64,000 bases of DNA from Spirogloea muscicola (GCA_009602725.1 WELB01000031.1:21861-85860); one strand, 5' to 3'; positions 27,291 to 41,026 are shown, counted from the first letter of the stretch. Translations and numbers: made by a program. The notes: generated by a model from the letters alone, not told the origin.

Positions 27291-28619
27291 CGAGCAATCT
27301 TTCAACTCCTTACTTACCATTACTCAGCCAAAGCGGTGGTGGTCTTACTTGTGCGTCCACTGTCCCTGACCTTGTGATGTCCTGGCTTTGCTCAGCTCTT
27401 TCCTACACTGAAGTAGACTGTAAACCGAGGTGCAATGGAGCAGCAGTGAAATGTGTGGCCATGCAACTGCAGTGGATAAGGGGGCATTGCTCGATGAAAG
27501 GCCTGTTGTGCAACTGACACTCAGCAGTGTACCGTGGCGGATGTGAGGTTGCCAGAGGCAGGTGCCCGGCAGCTTGCACGGCTTACTGCAGGAAAGTGGT
27601 GCACCTCACGTGTTCTCTAAAATGAGCGTATCGGAAGGTTCGGCATGGCTCGGCCAACCCTTCCCTCTTCTCTCCCAGCATACGTTGCAGACTTGAGCTA
27701 TATTTGACTCCAGTGCGACGTAGCACATGGGGACAAGACTTCATCTGAATTATGCACCCACGCAGCTATTGCCGAAAATGCCATTGGGGGGGGAGGGGAA
27801 GCACCTCCCACGTACGTCTGAATGACAGAGCCACTCACCAACCACCAACCGACCCTACACGTACATGCATGCCATTACTTAATGAGCAAGTATGGATAGT
27901 TGCGACCTTCACAATTTACCAGCCCAGGATATGTCACAGCTCTATTTGTGGAGACCCAGAGCCCACTGAGAGAGTGTGGGCCTAGAGCGCGCAGCCCACA
28001 ACCTGGGCACGGTCTCCAATATGGTGATCAAACCGAAAGCCAGCCAGCCAAAGATGGCAAGGACAGATATGAAGCGCCACACGAAGCTAGCAGACAGCTC
28101 CTGGTAGCGCTCTGCGGTCCTTGTCAAACAAACACATGATAGTACGACATGCTGTGAGCATGTATTCAACTATTAGGCTGCATTTATTCACACTCTGGAG
28201 GTCAAGGACATATTTGCTCCAGGGCTATTTAAGGAGGGGTATCTAAGGACACAGTGGACAGCCGCGTCCTTCCAAATACAGCAATTACCATGGGAACCTG
28301 AGTTGCAAGTGCAGATCCTGATACTACCGTAGCATTCCTGATGTGTTCAGGCTTCTCTTGGCCGTCAATGACTCTCTCAGATAGTGTCTGGCTGCTTTGG
28401 CAGGCAGGCAGCCCTGCTGCAGTGGCAGGTGTGAGCACAATGAGAAGCTGCACCATGACTGCGAGGCAAGGGACAGCACAGTCTTACGCAACCCCTCAGC
28501 GCTGGAGCCTCGGGGCCTCAAGGCTTCCAGACTTACCAGCGCTCCTGTCCTTGGTAATTTGCTCCCAGCTCGTCACTGCACAGCAGTAGTGAGGCGGCAG
28601 TGCGTGTTGGACACGAAGC

Positions 28620-31540
28620 ACCACTGCCAGCGGTGAGCTCCGCGGCCTCTAATCAGCACGACAGCCAGGAGCCAACTTTCTCGCGAGGGCGGGCGTGGGC
28701 AGCATCTGCTCGTGCAGTGGCGCGCTAAACGTGCGCTTCGGTCCAGCACTTGCCACTGAAACCCACTGGGTGCCAAAGCAAGGCTGTGCATTACTTTCTC
28801 CGCATACTATAGAATGCGGCTCTCATTTAGTTTGCAGCGCTCGCAAGCATTGGCTCTTCATCAACGTGCAACGCGCGCTTCTCGTACTCTGTTAAATCTT
28901 TTTTGGGCTGGCTTTTCCAGCCCCTATTCTCAATGGGCGAGCACCTTCTTCTTTTCCCAGCCAGTCAATCTGGCCGCCCTTCTGTTTCGTGGCGGCGCTC
29001 CAGCTCCCCAGGTTAGCTTGTCGGCTTTGTTTGTGCTCACCCGTGTGGGTACTGATGTCACCTTAGGCACCTTGGTTTCGGTTTCCGTACTATGTAGCCC
29101 TGTTTGGTTTGCCCTAGACTCTGCCTTAACAATGTTTCGGCTTGAATTGGCCTCCATTTCATTTCATGCGACCCGCGCGCCTTCCTCTCCGAGCGGATTG
29201 CTGGTCGGTGCATCAACACGCACCAGGTTGCACGATGTGCAAGCAGAGAGGCCAGGCCGGGTTGCCGGCGCCATGCGGCAGCGCCGCCAGCTTCGTGGCC
29301 CCGGGCAGCTCGCACGGCTCGTCGCCAGGGCCGGGCCCCGCGGGCAGCGACAGGCGCTCCCAAGGCCAGTCCAGGTGGGCGCTAGGCGGCAGCGCTTCTG
29401 CCATTCTCGACATCACGTGCTTCTTCAGGTCAACTAAGGTGGCCTCACTGCCGCCGCAGCCGTTTGTTCCGCCGAAGCCGCCAAAGGATACCGGGAACAT
29501 GTCCGACATAACGTCGCCGCTGAGATGCCATCTGCACCCACAGCGTGCCCGCCCGCCCACCGGCACGCCGGTCGTCATATCCTTTGCCACCACCGCCGCC
29601 ATCGGCGTCGGCCCGGGACAGCGTGAACGGCATTGCGCGCCGTCAGGTCTACTTGCTGCGCAGCTCTGCCGTGGTGGCGGGCCTCAGGCGAGCGGCCAGA
29701 GGCTGCGGCAGAGGCGGAAGAGCAGCGCTTGCCGTGTGGCCGCTGGCGCTGGAGGAGCGCTAGGAGTTCTCAAAGTTCCCCATGGCACACCATCCCATGT
29801 AGCGGAGGACTTACGTGAACGTCTGCAGAAACACCTTGCTCCCCTCCCCTCCCTTCCTCTCCTTGAATATCCGCAGCTGGCGCTGGCCATCCTTACTCGC
29901 TGCATTGGTCAACGAGCTGGCTACCTGCAGCGAACAGTCGCCCCAACGGACATGGTGGGCGAGCTGTACAAGGAGTTCGACACCTCCCTCCTGCAAATCC
30001 TGGCTTCCCTGATTCGACACCCATACTTCCCCTCACTTTCATCCTCCCTGCAGGCATCCCTTTCCACACGAATGGGCGGCCTGGGCTGCCGGTCACTTGA
30101 ACAGACGGCGCAGGCAGCCTTTCTCGGTTGCTGGCACCAGGTTGCCTCCCTCTTCCCCTTGCGCTTCCCTTGTCCGGCAGGCCCTGCAGCCGAGGTGGAA
30201 GAAGGCTCCTTCGCCTTCCAAGTGCAATTGAGGAGCATCCGGGAGTCAGCAATCTGCTCCTTCCCCTCCCTGCAACTCCTCCTCACCCCCTTCTCAGAGC
30301 TGGCCCAAGCCCCGGACAAAGCGGCACAGGCCAGACTCGTTGCTGCAGTTGAGGACGAGCGTCGCAGGTCGCTGAGGACGATGCCAGATATCAGGACCAA
30401 TCCAAGGAGTCCGGCACGCCTCACATCGCTCGCAACAACTGGGACAATGGACTGGCTCACAACGCACGCCATCCACAACGCTTTCAGAATCAGCCCCGAG
30501 GCGTTCCGGACGCTTCTCCAGCTGTTCATTGGCCTACCCCCGACCTGCCTGGTAGGAGTAACTCAGTGTGAGTGCGGCTTCCGTGCGGAGGGCGGAGACC
30601 TTGCCACCCATATGCTGCGGTGTCCCACAGGCCCGGAGGTGGTGGGCGTCCATGACCTCCTACAGGACGCCCTGGCGGGCCTGATGCGCGATGCCGGCCA
30701 TCGTGGAAGTAAGCAATGTATTGCCCATCACCACGGATTCCCAGGGACGCCATCACCGTCGCACCCCGGGCATTGTGGGTGTACAACCTGGCGGTGGCCC
30801 ACGCGCCTTGGTGGATGTGGTGGTGATGGAGGCATACAAGAGTTCCGCTTCGACGCACACTGTTGGCCACGCAGTGGGAGGTGCTGAGCTGAGAAAGCTC
30901 CGGCACTATTATGACTACACCTGCAGCGATCACCTCCTACCGGCGGCAATCAACACTTTCGGCTGCATGGGTCCTCGCTCCCACACCTTACTGCAGAATA
31001 TGGCAAGCTTGAAATATGCTCGATGTGAGGATATGCTTCCAGCTCAGATGAGCATGCCGGCAGCCTACTTGTCATTCTTGCGTCGTCGAGTGTCAGCTTG
31101 TCTGCAGCGAGCTCAGGCTCGTGCGTTGCATCAGAAAGCTGGTCAAGCCTTAGCTGGTAAATCAAGAGCTTGTCGATTGCCGTCCGGCATTCGGGCATCA
31201 GTTAGCGACCTCTATGTGCTGACTCGTGGTTACTGAGCGGGTCAACTTAGCAGCAGGTGACGTACATATGTCAATATGCTTGCCTTTGTACTTGGCCACA
31301 CAGGGCCCTCCATCTCTTAATACACACGCATTTTCCGCTAGGAGCGCTAGGGGCAGCCGGCCCTGCCCTGTCCCGGTCTTTTGATATCAGCAGCCGCATT
31401 CTCCCGGTAGCTGTCTTGCAGAGAATTTTGTGTGTTTAAAACAAACGAGGGCCAAATGGCCAAGTACAAAGGCAAGCACGTCCAAAGACCTACTTAAAGT
31501 TCAGCAAATTGACCCGCTCAGTAACCACGGGTAAAACTGG
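28620..31540 (+). mobile_element. CRE-like nest including the longest fragment (RT thumb, CCHC knuckle, RLE, 3' UTR; ~29740-31330) and an inverted 3' UTR at 31443-31540
   Basis: GVLKVPHGT...ILTRCIGQRAGYLQRTV...ASLSTRMGGLG...WL...FRTLLQLFIGLP...CECG...HMLRC...HDLLQDAL. After a frameshift near 30700: ALVDVVV...AELRKLRHY...AINTFG...VLTRGY* (31236). Confidence 0.9.
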
Positions 31541-31722
31541 ACATGTGACCCTTCTGAACCAAAATTTCTTGAAGCAATGTATTTTTAAATGGTGTCTAGC
31601 CAAGCTCTGGAAGAATGCTGGAGGAATGTAATCAGGCCTAGATATCTGCAGCTCAACCTACTGCTACTCAACCTACAGCCAGTTGCCCAGCTACCACACC
31701 AGACCAATCATTCCCAGCAAGA

Positions 31723-33930
31723 TCATTGCACAGACCTTGGATGTTGGCCCCACATGTGGTCTGTCAATGCAGGCTCAAGGGCTGCTACAAATGCTCCTGC
31801 TAGATCTGGAGGCTGCACAAGTACATACTCTGGTCAGACTAATGAATGGTCAGTGCTGCCAAAGCAGAGATAGATGAGAGCATGCACTCAATGACACATA
31901 GCCTTTGATGGAGAGGAGCAGTACAGCAAATGTTCGCAACTAGCAGACTGGGATGGAGAAAGGCAAGAGAAATTCACTCGTGGCCATCCACTGCTTCTGT
32001 GGATGACAAGACCCTGCTTGCCACTTCGGAGTGCTTGAGCTTGAAGATTAGAACAGGAGGTGCACTGGGGAAAGAATCTCTGCAGAACATTGTCTGCAAT
32101 CAATAGGAAGAAACTCTACTATCAGCCAGCCATGACTGCAGCAATAAGACGCAGTATACTCCTAAGTGAGCTGGCCCGTCACATTTGATGCTAGCTGACG
32201 CCTGATTTGTGCTTCCTTGGCACCTACCTGTGCCTTTTGCAAGTGTCTGGCGGCTTGCATTAGTAGCTTTGTGGGAGGATTGTCTTAGCATTGGCTTCAG
32301 GGCATCAGACCGCCACCAAGGTGACTGCACGACTGGCAGCTGAGTAGCATTTGCTGCTTTGTGAAAGCCTCTGCCGTAAACGACCACGTTTGGTGGCATG
32401 TGATCTGCATGACTGCCAGTCACTATCAACAGCAGCATTCAGATTGTCGCGGGCATTCAGCGATGCAAGATTCGTGGAATCGAGTCAATCAGAGTAGCAG
32501 GTCAATTGATGTGCTTCAAGGACGCATGCACCCTGGCAAAAGTAATGCACAGTGGCCTAAATGATCTAAGAGAGGCACAAAGCTGGAACTACAAGAGAAA
32601 AGAAAAGTGTGCTTGCCAGTTATTTACCAGGGGCCAGTACTTTTCCCACAGTGATGGCAACCATATTGTCTATACAGGTCAACGACAGTGCTCCGCTCCG
32701 CCTGGTTTGCTGGTTCCTTTCCCCTCGGAGCTGTCAACAAGATGTCATTTAAATTTGACTGGTTAGAACCTGGCAACGACAAGCAACTTGCCCACTGTCT
32801 TTTTAAGGAGTATTCAAGTAGCAGCAAACAGCAGCATTTGATATAATCTCTGGAGTCCACAAGTGCTGACATCCTACTATCCTACAGATGCTAACTCGCT
32901 GGAAGTAAGTAGAGAAAGTAGACCTGCTAGTGATGCACGAGCTTTGGCACCAGGGTGCCACAAGCTGCTCGGCAGCACCTGACGAAACGAACCTCCAAGA
33001 GCCTAGGAACATACAGGTAACCTGATTATAGTTGAATTATTTTTTGTATAACAACTTATTGAGATAGTTTTGTATTCAATATACTATAAGAAATGAAGTG
33101 CGCTGGACTGAACAATTGGCACTAGCAGACTGCTATCAGCACACACATGGCAAGCAGGCACGGCCTCTGACCTTAAATGCGACCATCCCAACAATGCCAT
33201 GGAGGAGAAGGTCCTCCTTGGAAAGTCCTCTGACTTGCTGCCTTGTCTGCCACTGTCTAACAGTTGCAGCTGCCTACATAGAACAAGATAAGGTGAGAGG
33301 GGACAGGAAAGGCTAAAGGGGGGGCTGACACTCTTGCTTGCAACCAAGGCAAGATGATGACACTATTTGCCCTTCGCTTCTAGATAGCAGAATGCACCAC
33401 AGCTACCAAGCATTTCTCAACTACTTGCACAGCAGTGCTGCTGCTGCTGTAGCTCTGTGCCAAGTCAGCACACCTGTGCAGCAGCAGCAGAGGAAGCTCC
33501 AACAGCGAGGCCCCCGAGAGCCGGGCCGAGCAGCGGTCGGACGCAGGACACGTTCAGGAACAGTCCCAGGTGCTGGCAGAATGAGAGGCAAAAATTAGTG
33601 AGCTTTGACCTCCCAAGCAAGAATGGTGGCACCATGCACATGTAGAAGGCGAGAAGCTGAAGCCTTGCGAGCGACCTCTCTGCGCCGCTGAAGCACAAGT
33701 ATCTGGTGCAGGTGCAAATTGCTGCAGCATTTATATCCAGTGCTGTATAGACTCCGCAAGTCCGAGGAACCAATGGAGGCTACCTGGGCAGACGAGAGCC
33801 CCGCCGCGAAGGCGAGGTGCGCAGCGCCGAGCTGAAGGAGCACCGGCCCCGCCGGCGCGACGAGGTCAGCGATGTACTCGAGGGCAGGCCGCGGAACCAG
33901 GGTCTCGCGCCGCTGGACGTCTCGTCCCAT
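31723..33930 (-). CDS. Uncharacterised protein with N-terminal hydrophobic helices and a C-terminal Cys-rich HNH-like (His-Me finger) domain, multi-exon
   Basis: ATG 33930 (MGRDVQRRE). Hydrophobic exons LLQLGAAHLAFAAGLSSAQ and LLGPALGGLAVGASSAAAAQ, then ALGGSFRQVLPSSLWHPGA, YRQYGCHHCGK, HADHMPP and QRFFPQCTSCSNLQA. Probable last exon PPDLAGAFVAAL...SVQ* ends at 31723 (3' end uncertain). Confidence 0.72.
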
Positions 33931-34119
33931 CCTCCGGGGACTGAGTCGTCGGCACCGCAGAATAACTCTCGCCTGGCGCCGGCAGCGACCGGCCGCCTCG
34001 CCGGCGGGGCAAGCTGCCGCGGTGGCGAGCCGGAGGTCCCGCCGCAGGACGCGGCGCGCCTCGCGCCGGCTGAGGCGGCCGGCGGCGTCGCTTGCGCGTC
34101 CTGTTCCCGCCACTGTTTG

Positions 34120-34598
34120 TAACGGCTTGAACAGTGTATTGGCTTCAAAGCTTGGCCTCCCATTGGAAGAAATGTTCCTTCCTTTCATCTCATGAAATTC
34201 AATTGCGCACCACTCGCCTGTCCATTCTTTCTTGGCTGGCTTCTGCCAGCCCCTCCACTTTATGGGCGAGCTCCTCCTCTTCCTCTCTCGGGTCCGCAAA
34301 TGAGGCATCATTGATTTGGTGGCCGAGTAGAGGCCGAGTCAAGCATAGCCAGCCCGAAAATGAAATGACAAGGTCCGAAGGGGCCGAAAGGGGCTGTCCC
34401 AGAGCTTCTTTCCCAGTAGGAGAATCACTTAGAAACCGTCAAGTTCAAGAGCCGCAAGGTAGAAAGGCTAGCCGCCGGGGCTGACAAGGCAGCGCAAGCG
34501 GCCTTCTTCCCCCTGGCCCCCGTCTCGTACTCTGTTGATTCTATTTTGGGCTGGCTTTTCCAGCCCCTACTCTCCATGGGCGAGCACTTTCTTCTTCC
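34120..34598. mobile_element. CRE-like 3' UTR remnants filling the divergent promoter region between the HNH-like gene and HEN1
   Basis: 34125-34290 resembles 10585-10700 and 29125-29190. 34503-34598 is nearly identical to 95-184, including the terminal hairpins and TTC tail. Confidence 0.8.
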
Positions 34599-34695
34599 AC
34601 CTGGCTCTTGCGGCCAGAGACTTCCACTGATCAGCTCCGCCCCGCCCGGAGCTCTCGCATGCGGCGTTGCCGCTGCGGCGGCGACTGCGGCGGCG

Positions 34696-37600
34696 ATGGC
34701 CGCCGCGGCGTCGGTCACGCCCAAGGCGGAGCTGCAGCGGTGGTGCGACCGGCGCTTCGGGCAGCCGGCGCGTCTGCAATACGAGTGCGAGGCAGAGCCT
34801 CGGTTGGGTGTGCCGCCGTCATTCCGCTGCACATGCATCCTGCCGGACGGGCGCCGCTTTGACGGGAAGCAGGCCAGATTGACCAAGCGGGCCGCCGAGC
34901 ACGATGCAGCTGAGACAGCACTGTGTGAGGTTAGCGTGCCTACACATGTTCACTACTTTGTACCTCATCTGGCCGAGCTTGCGGCTCTGTGGAGAACTCC
35001 GATGGCGTGGCTGGGTTGCCGCAAGACCTGAGACCTTCTGTCAAACCTACAACGTCTGCCACAGTGACTTCGGAGAAGGCTTCACTGAGGCTGCACTGTC
35101 CAAGAATTTCTCTATGCTTTGCCGGGCCTGCCGAGACCCAACAGTTGGAAAGGATAGTCCCATAAGTTGGACATCCTTAACTAGCTCTTTCTGCAGAGCA
35201 GCCATGCTCATCTGGACGTCAGTATCTTTCTCCTCAGGTCAGCAGGAATGATCTGGAAGTTGACAGATTTGAAACAGCAGGCACCGCTTCAGATGCTGAA
35301 GGTAGATCACAGAAGCTTCATCAACAGCTACAGGACACGTTTAGTGACGAGGTAGATATCGAAGTTGCCTGGGAGCTTAAAATGAGCTCTTCTTATTGGT
35401 TGTACGGTTGGTGTCCATTGAGCTTCTGACGACCTTCAAGATACATTTGTAAATATATGTATATCCAATCTTAATATATTTGCTGCTCGCTTCGTGTTTG
35501 TGCAATGATGGACTAGCTCAACTTGCTTCAAGACAAGGATTCTTACAAACCTGGCGTCTGCTTGGATATGTATCCAGATGCGCCTCCATTGACATTGACG
35601 AAGTCTCCTTCCATGTCCTACAGAGCCTCTTGACACACTTGCCGCTGAGGGAGCATGCTTTGGCGGCTGCAAGGCATGGAGACAGGCACTGCATGCTTCC
35701 ATTGGCAGTGCTGGCAGCCTTTGACAACAAGCTGCTGACAGCCTGCAAAGCTGTTCATCCAGCTTGCGAAGGAGACCCAGTGGGCTTACTTGTCCTGCTC
35801 CTGAAGGCTGCGGAGATGGTGCCATCCTTGAGGCTCTGCACAGAAAGCGGTCTTTGGCTTGGCCGAGCAGAAGCCTGTTCACAGGAGCTACTGAATGCTT
35901 TGCAGGATGATGATACTACACCAAATCATAATATGCAAGACTTCAGTCACCCGCACATTATAGTCAAGGGCAAGACAGGCAGCGGGTATCTTGAGGAGGA
36001 CAAAGACCTCGCTGTCACAGATGCTGTGATAGTGTCGTGCTCGCCAGCACAGCCTGCAAGAACTTTGAGACTGCCTCTGCCAAGAAATCGTACTACCTTG
36101 ACGAAGTTGCCAAGGCTTTAGCTTGCAAGAATGCCGGTTGCGTTCTTATTAGCAGGTCGCTCGTGACTCTGACATGCTTCTTGGCAGTGTCGCAGTAGAG
36201 AAGTCTCGGCCGTCTGCAGTAGTATGCTCCTATGAAAGAGTGATGATGCCATGCCGTTCACCCCAGGTAATCACAGCTACTTCAGCCGTTACTTGTCTGT
36301 GACAACACTGACCCTGTACTGATGACTTGCTTGTTTGTCAGGCTGGCCGGCAAGTCATCCTCCACTCTACGTTTCTATTCACCCCTGCCTGCTCCTTTAG
36401 GACTTTCCGCAAGGAAGCAATATGAGCAGAGGAAGCCTGCTCATGATGCAGAAGCCTCTGCAGCCAGCAGATACGGTGATCCGTGCATCACACTGAATAA
36501 GCGTGCTAGCTGGCTAGCTGGACGCTGTATCTCTGGAGACGCTATTTTGATGGGAGCTGTGGCACCCTGGCGCTATCAGAGTTCTTCGGTGGAGGTGCTA
36601 TCTTTACTTAAATATCAAGAGTAATATCTCAGAGCCCTCTGATTGGCTGACCCCAAACCGTCCATGTTGGAGCACTACATAGTCGCCTCTTGCCACTCCA
36701 TTGCTTGAGATTGATCATACTGACATTGTGCGAAAGGCTTCTGGAGTGGTATACACCATTACACATATCATGATCTGACTCAAGTCAAGCTTGTGATCTA
36801 GCACCGAACCAACTTGTGCCTGCAGGCTGTCATACTTGCGCAGCCCTCTTGGGGCTTATAAGAAAAGCACGTCAGCACCCATCGCATGCCTTCTACCCAT
36901 CCACTTTGCAAGCGTCAAGCGATGGCATGGAAAGCTTCCCAAGGCACTCCTTTCCGAGTACAATGAGCAGCACAAGTACGAATTGCCCGGCAGAATACCT
37001 GGAACAGATTACAGGTACATGTACCATATTGGTGTCTTGTTTGTAAGCATGTCGACTCATACTAATCGGTGTCTCACTCAGCAAAGTTTCCTCCTGAAGT
37101 AAATATAGCAGCATCCTGATTTTGTTGAGTGCCTTTAATTAGTCCGTGAGTATTGTGTCACTGGAGTGCATAACAGGTTCTTTCCAGTGCAAGCTTGTCA
37201 GAAGCCTTGTGGGGAGATTCTGTGCACAGATGCCGTGGAGGGCTATGCGATTGAGAAGGGAGTGTCTGCTCTGGGTCCTTTCACATGCCAGCTCATTGTG
37301 ATCACCAACTACAGCGAGATGAAGGCTACATCAACACACGCATATGGCACCCAAAGTGATGCTGCACACAGGTAAGGGGTCAATGAAGAAGCCTTCTTGT
37401 GAAGCACAGCATCGAGCAGGTGTATGAAGGCTGGAAGAGGGTCACTGCGAAGGTGCAGCAAGCCTTTGATATCGATCTAAAGACTTTGGCACACCGCTGC
37501 AAGCTATGGTCACTGTCACTCTGGCTTGTGTAACTTGCAGCAACCTTACTCCCAAACCTACTGGCTAGATGAAGTCTGATGTTGTTGCAATGTTGTTGGT

Positions 37601-40329
37601 CCTATGCCTGCAGTGCTGCCCTGGCTGTCCTTCACCTTCTTCAAAAAGCTTATGAAGCAGACCTGCAAGTAGCAAGTGGTGCCATTGACACCTCCTGCAG
37701 TCCATTGACCCTCAGTGCAAGTCTGACCTCAGAGGAAGCAAGTCTGGCTCCAGAAGAAGCACCTGTGGTAGACGTAGAGCACCCATCAGCTGCATCTGTA
37801 GACATTGCCCAACATGCTGACTGCATGAAGAGGTTTGAGAGGCACATGCAGCAAGAGGTGAACAATCATTCTGAAGGGGCAACCTCATGGTCAGCCCATA
37901 TTTTTGAAGGTCAGCCCCAGGATTGGACCAATGACGATTCTAGGTCCTGTGGTTCCTTTGTCACCATCACGCACACCATATGGACAACTTGTTCAGGAGA
38001 TGAAGCATTGGCCAAACTTTGCAGTGCGCTTCCAGGGGTTCCCTCGTCTTCAGGACCTGACTCGGACCTGATCATTTTGGAGCAACACCAGGAGTTTCCA
38101 CTTGAGCTCGGGTCACGAGCAGTAGTAGAGCCGCTGGAAAACTGCATAGCTATGATGCAAGTTGGGCAGACTGCAAGGTTGCCTCTACACATCTCGTATC
38201 CAGTGGCAGCCAATGAACAAGGTAGCAGATACTAAAGTTGCTCCAGCACAGCCAAGGTCGGAGAAATGTCAAGAATTGCTCCAGAATGTCAAGAATTGAT
38301 GCCAGGCTTTGACGGTCTACTTATTCAGCTCTCATTCAGCTCTTGTTCAGCTCAAATCCAAATGTAGCTTTTTATATCTGTTGACCAAGGACAGTCCATG
38401 CTGTACGAAAATAATCTCCCTGGTTGTCTGAATTGGTTGTGGTTGGTACTTCGCTTGGCAAGTTGCTGGAAAGTTTGAGGTCATGTGCGAGGTGAAATTG
38501 CTGTCCTGTGAACATCCAGCTGAGAAAAGGCTGGAAAGTGCTGTGTTCAACCCAAGTCTTGCCAAGCAAAGGATACAATATGCTCTCAACTTTATCAAGG
38601 ACATCGGAGCAAAATCAATGGTGGGTTGTTCATGACTATTTACTGCTCCCAAGGATGTTAGACTGCAGCACGTAACAAGTGCAGGACTTTCAGATGTGAA
38701 AAGGAAAATTGGCCATGGAAGAAGACCTTTCAAGCTCATACATATAATACATGCATGTCATACAAAGTCTGAATTGGTCATACATAGGCCATCTGCTAAT
38801 TTCATCCTCATTATGTTTAGCTTACCACACTGATCACAATCAAGCTCGATTGGTGCATACAGGTGGACCTTGGCTGTGGTGCAGGTGCTCTTTTGGAGCC
38901 TATGCTCTTGGAACAGCTGCAATTGTCATTCATTGCTGGTGTTGATATCTCCATGAAAGGCTTGAAACAAGCTGCCAAGGCAGGTCACAGGCGCACGCCT
39001 CTCAACATGAAGCCTGCAGATTGTAGATCTTGCGTTGGTCGATTCGGGTCAAGCTTTTGTTCTACTCGTTTCTCACATGTTTATCTAGTCCCCTGCACTT
39101 GCAGGTTCTGACGCGAGGAGCAGAGAAGCTGGCTGGCGATTTTGGCAACTGTGAGAAAGAGACTGAAGCCCCGCAGATTATGCTGTATGAAGGCAACCTT
39201 GCAGAGCCAGACAAACGGCTTGTGGGGTTGGACTTGGCCACCTGCATAGAGGTGAAACCTTGTACAGCCAGTCGCCTTTGAAGGTTGAGGGTAGCATGTT
39301 GCCAACAGGTACAGACAATGCAGAGGTGGAAAGTGAGCTCACAATTAACATTACAGCACTTATGAACTTGCTGCAGGTCATTGAGCATCTGGATAAGGAC
39401 GTCATGACTGTTGTGGAGGATGCTCTTCTGGGAGGCTTCAAGCCAAAGATACTACTCTTGTCAACGCCTAACATCGAATACAATCCACTCATTTTGTCGT
39501 CGACCCAAATAGTACCAGTTGGTATGATAACCAGCCCCAAGCTGACATTCATGAACAACATGACAAGATATCTAGTGACAAAAGAAAGTCAGTGCTTAAG
39601 GCCCTGTGTTATGTAAGTGATTGATGTGGGAAGTGTTAGCAGGTCCAGGTCTCCAACTGCATCTGGTGGAAGCTACTCCATAGATTGTGATTGGAAGCTT
39701 GTTAGACAAATGCTCAGGTTCCTAGAGTGTGCAGGTGGTGAGAGGCCTGCACTGGCTCCAAGCTCATACAAAGACTGCCCGGTAGATATCGTCATAGCTT
39801 CTGCCAATACCATATGGTGCAATGCTTATTTTGCATATCGCAATAATTTGAGAGAAATATGGCAGTCTGAGAAACATTATGCTGTCCACACTGTCCACAT
39901 TGTTCACAATCTGGTATATCTGACATGGCAGAGTTGGCACAATGGACTTGACTTGCATGCTTACTTCTGTGGCAGTTGCGCAATGAGGACCACCAATTTG
40001 AGTGGACTCGAGACGAGTTTCAAGAGTGGGCACAGAGCTTGGCTAAGAAGCATGCCTACTCTGTTCGATTTGATGGTGTTGGGGAGCTTCCTGGAGGGCC
40101 AGGGTATGCATCTCAGCTTGCTATCTTTTCAGCACTAACACCAAAGCAAGCAACACAAGACCAGCAGAGCAAGGCAACTTTAATCGGTGGGCTCATCACT
40201 AAAGTTGATATTGACGACAAGGTATTGATTGGTGTTGAGTGTGAAAGTTGGCTTTATGTATTCTTGCTAATTACAAGGGCGCAGATGTTGCCCAGTGGCA
40301 TTGAGTTTCATGATGGCATGCAGTCTTGA
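34696..40329 (+). CDS. HEN1: Small RNA 2'-O-methyltransferase HEN1 (dsRBD1, La-like, dsRBD2, FKBP-like, MTase); 3' end approximate
   Basis: TPKAELQ...FRCTCILPD...KRAAEHDAAETAL (dsRBD); LPLAVLAAFDNKL; WHGKLPKALL; ELGSRAVVEPLENCIAMMQVGQ. MTase motifs FNPSLAKQR, VDLGCGAG, EVIEHL, STPNIEYN, RNEDHQFEWTR and GYASQLAIF. Confidence 0.95.
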
Positions 40330-41026
40330 GTAGGTGTGTAGGAGAGCTCTGATTGCACTGTGCTGGACTCTCTAAGTAGTCAAGATGGTATAACAAGTCA
40401 GTGCATCTGAGGCATGCAATGGGGACAATGCATGCAGCATTTGCCAACCTCTTCCCATATGCAACTTGTGCTGAGCTATAAGCTCTTCATTCTGTATTGA
40501 CATCATACTGCGTTTGAGCAGGAACCAGCTGGTGGGGTCAGATACAATACTGTGTGGCAGTGGCCACAGGGACTCGCATAGAATGAGAGGGTGTCTCTTG
40601 CTCAAGTTGCACACGCATAGGAGGCAGGTGGAGTGACAAGTGGCTCTGAGGACCATTGAAGTGAGCAACATGGACATGCAGTAGGCAGATCTGATCTGTA
40701 ATGTAACCTGCGCTTGTTGCCCTCGTATCACAGTAGCTAGAAGCATCACTGTGCTTGCATGTGCACCTTACCTCACTTGTGCATGCGATGGCATGGACAG
40801 ATCTAGTCACTATGCAGGCCACCCAGAGTAGACTGAAAGCATTGATTGCTTGCCATCATGCAGAGCAGGAGGTATCTCCGATGCAAATCTGACTCCATCT
40901 CCACAGGAGCTCCGTGGCCGTAATTGTGGCAGAACCAGACTGAATATGACATGCTTTGTGGTGAGTTGGAGGCCTGCTGCCTGCACTCATTGTTTGTTTG
41001 CAAGGTGGCATTCATCTGTTACAGGA

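Noticed and set aside
27300..28600. Short ORFs in an intergenic stretch
   Set aside because: No recognisable motif or consistent exon structure.
29142..30887. 581-aa ORF as a host gene
   Set aside because: A chance fusion of a TE 3' UTR, an unknown segment and a frameshifted RT-thumb fragment, with no RT catalytic core.
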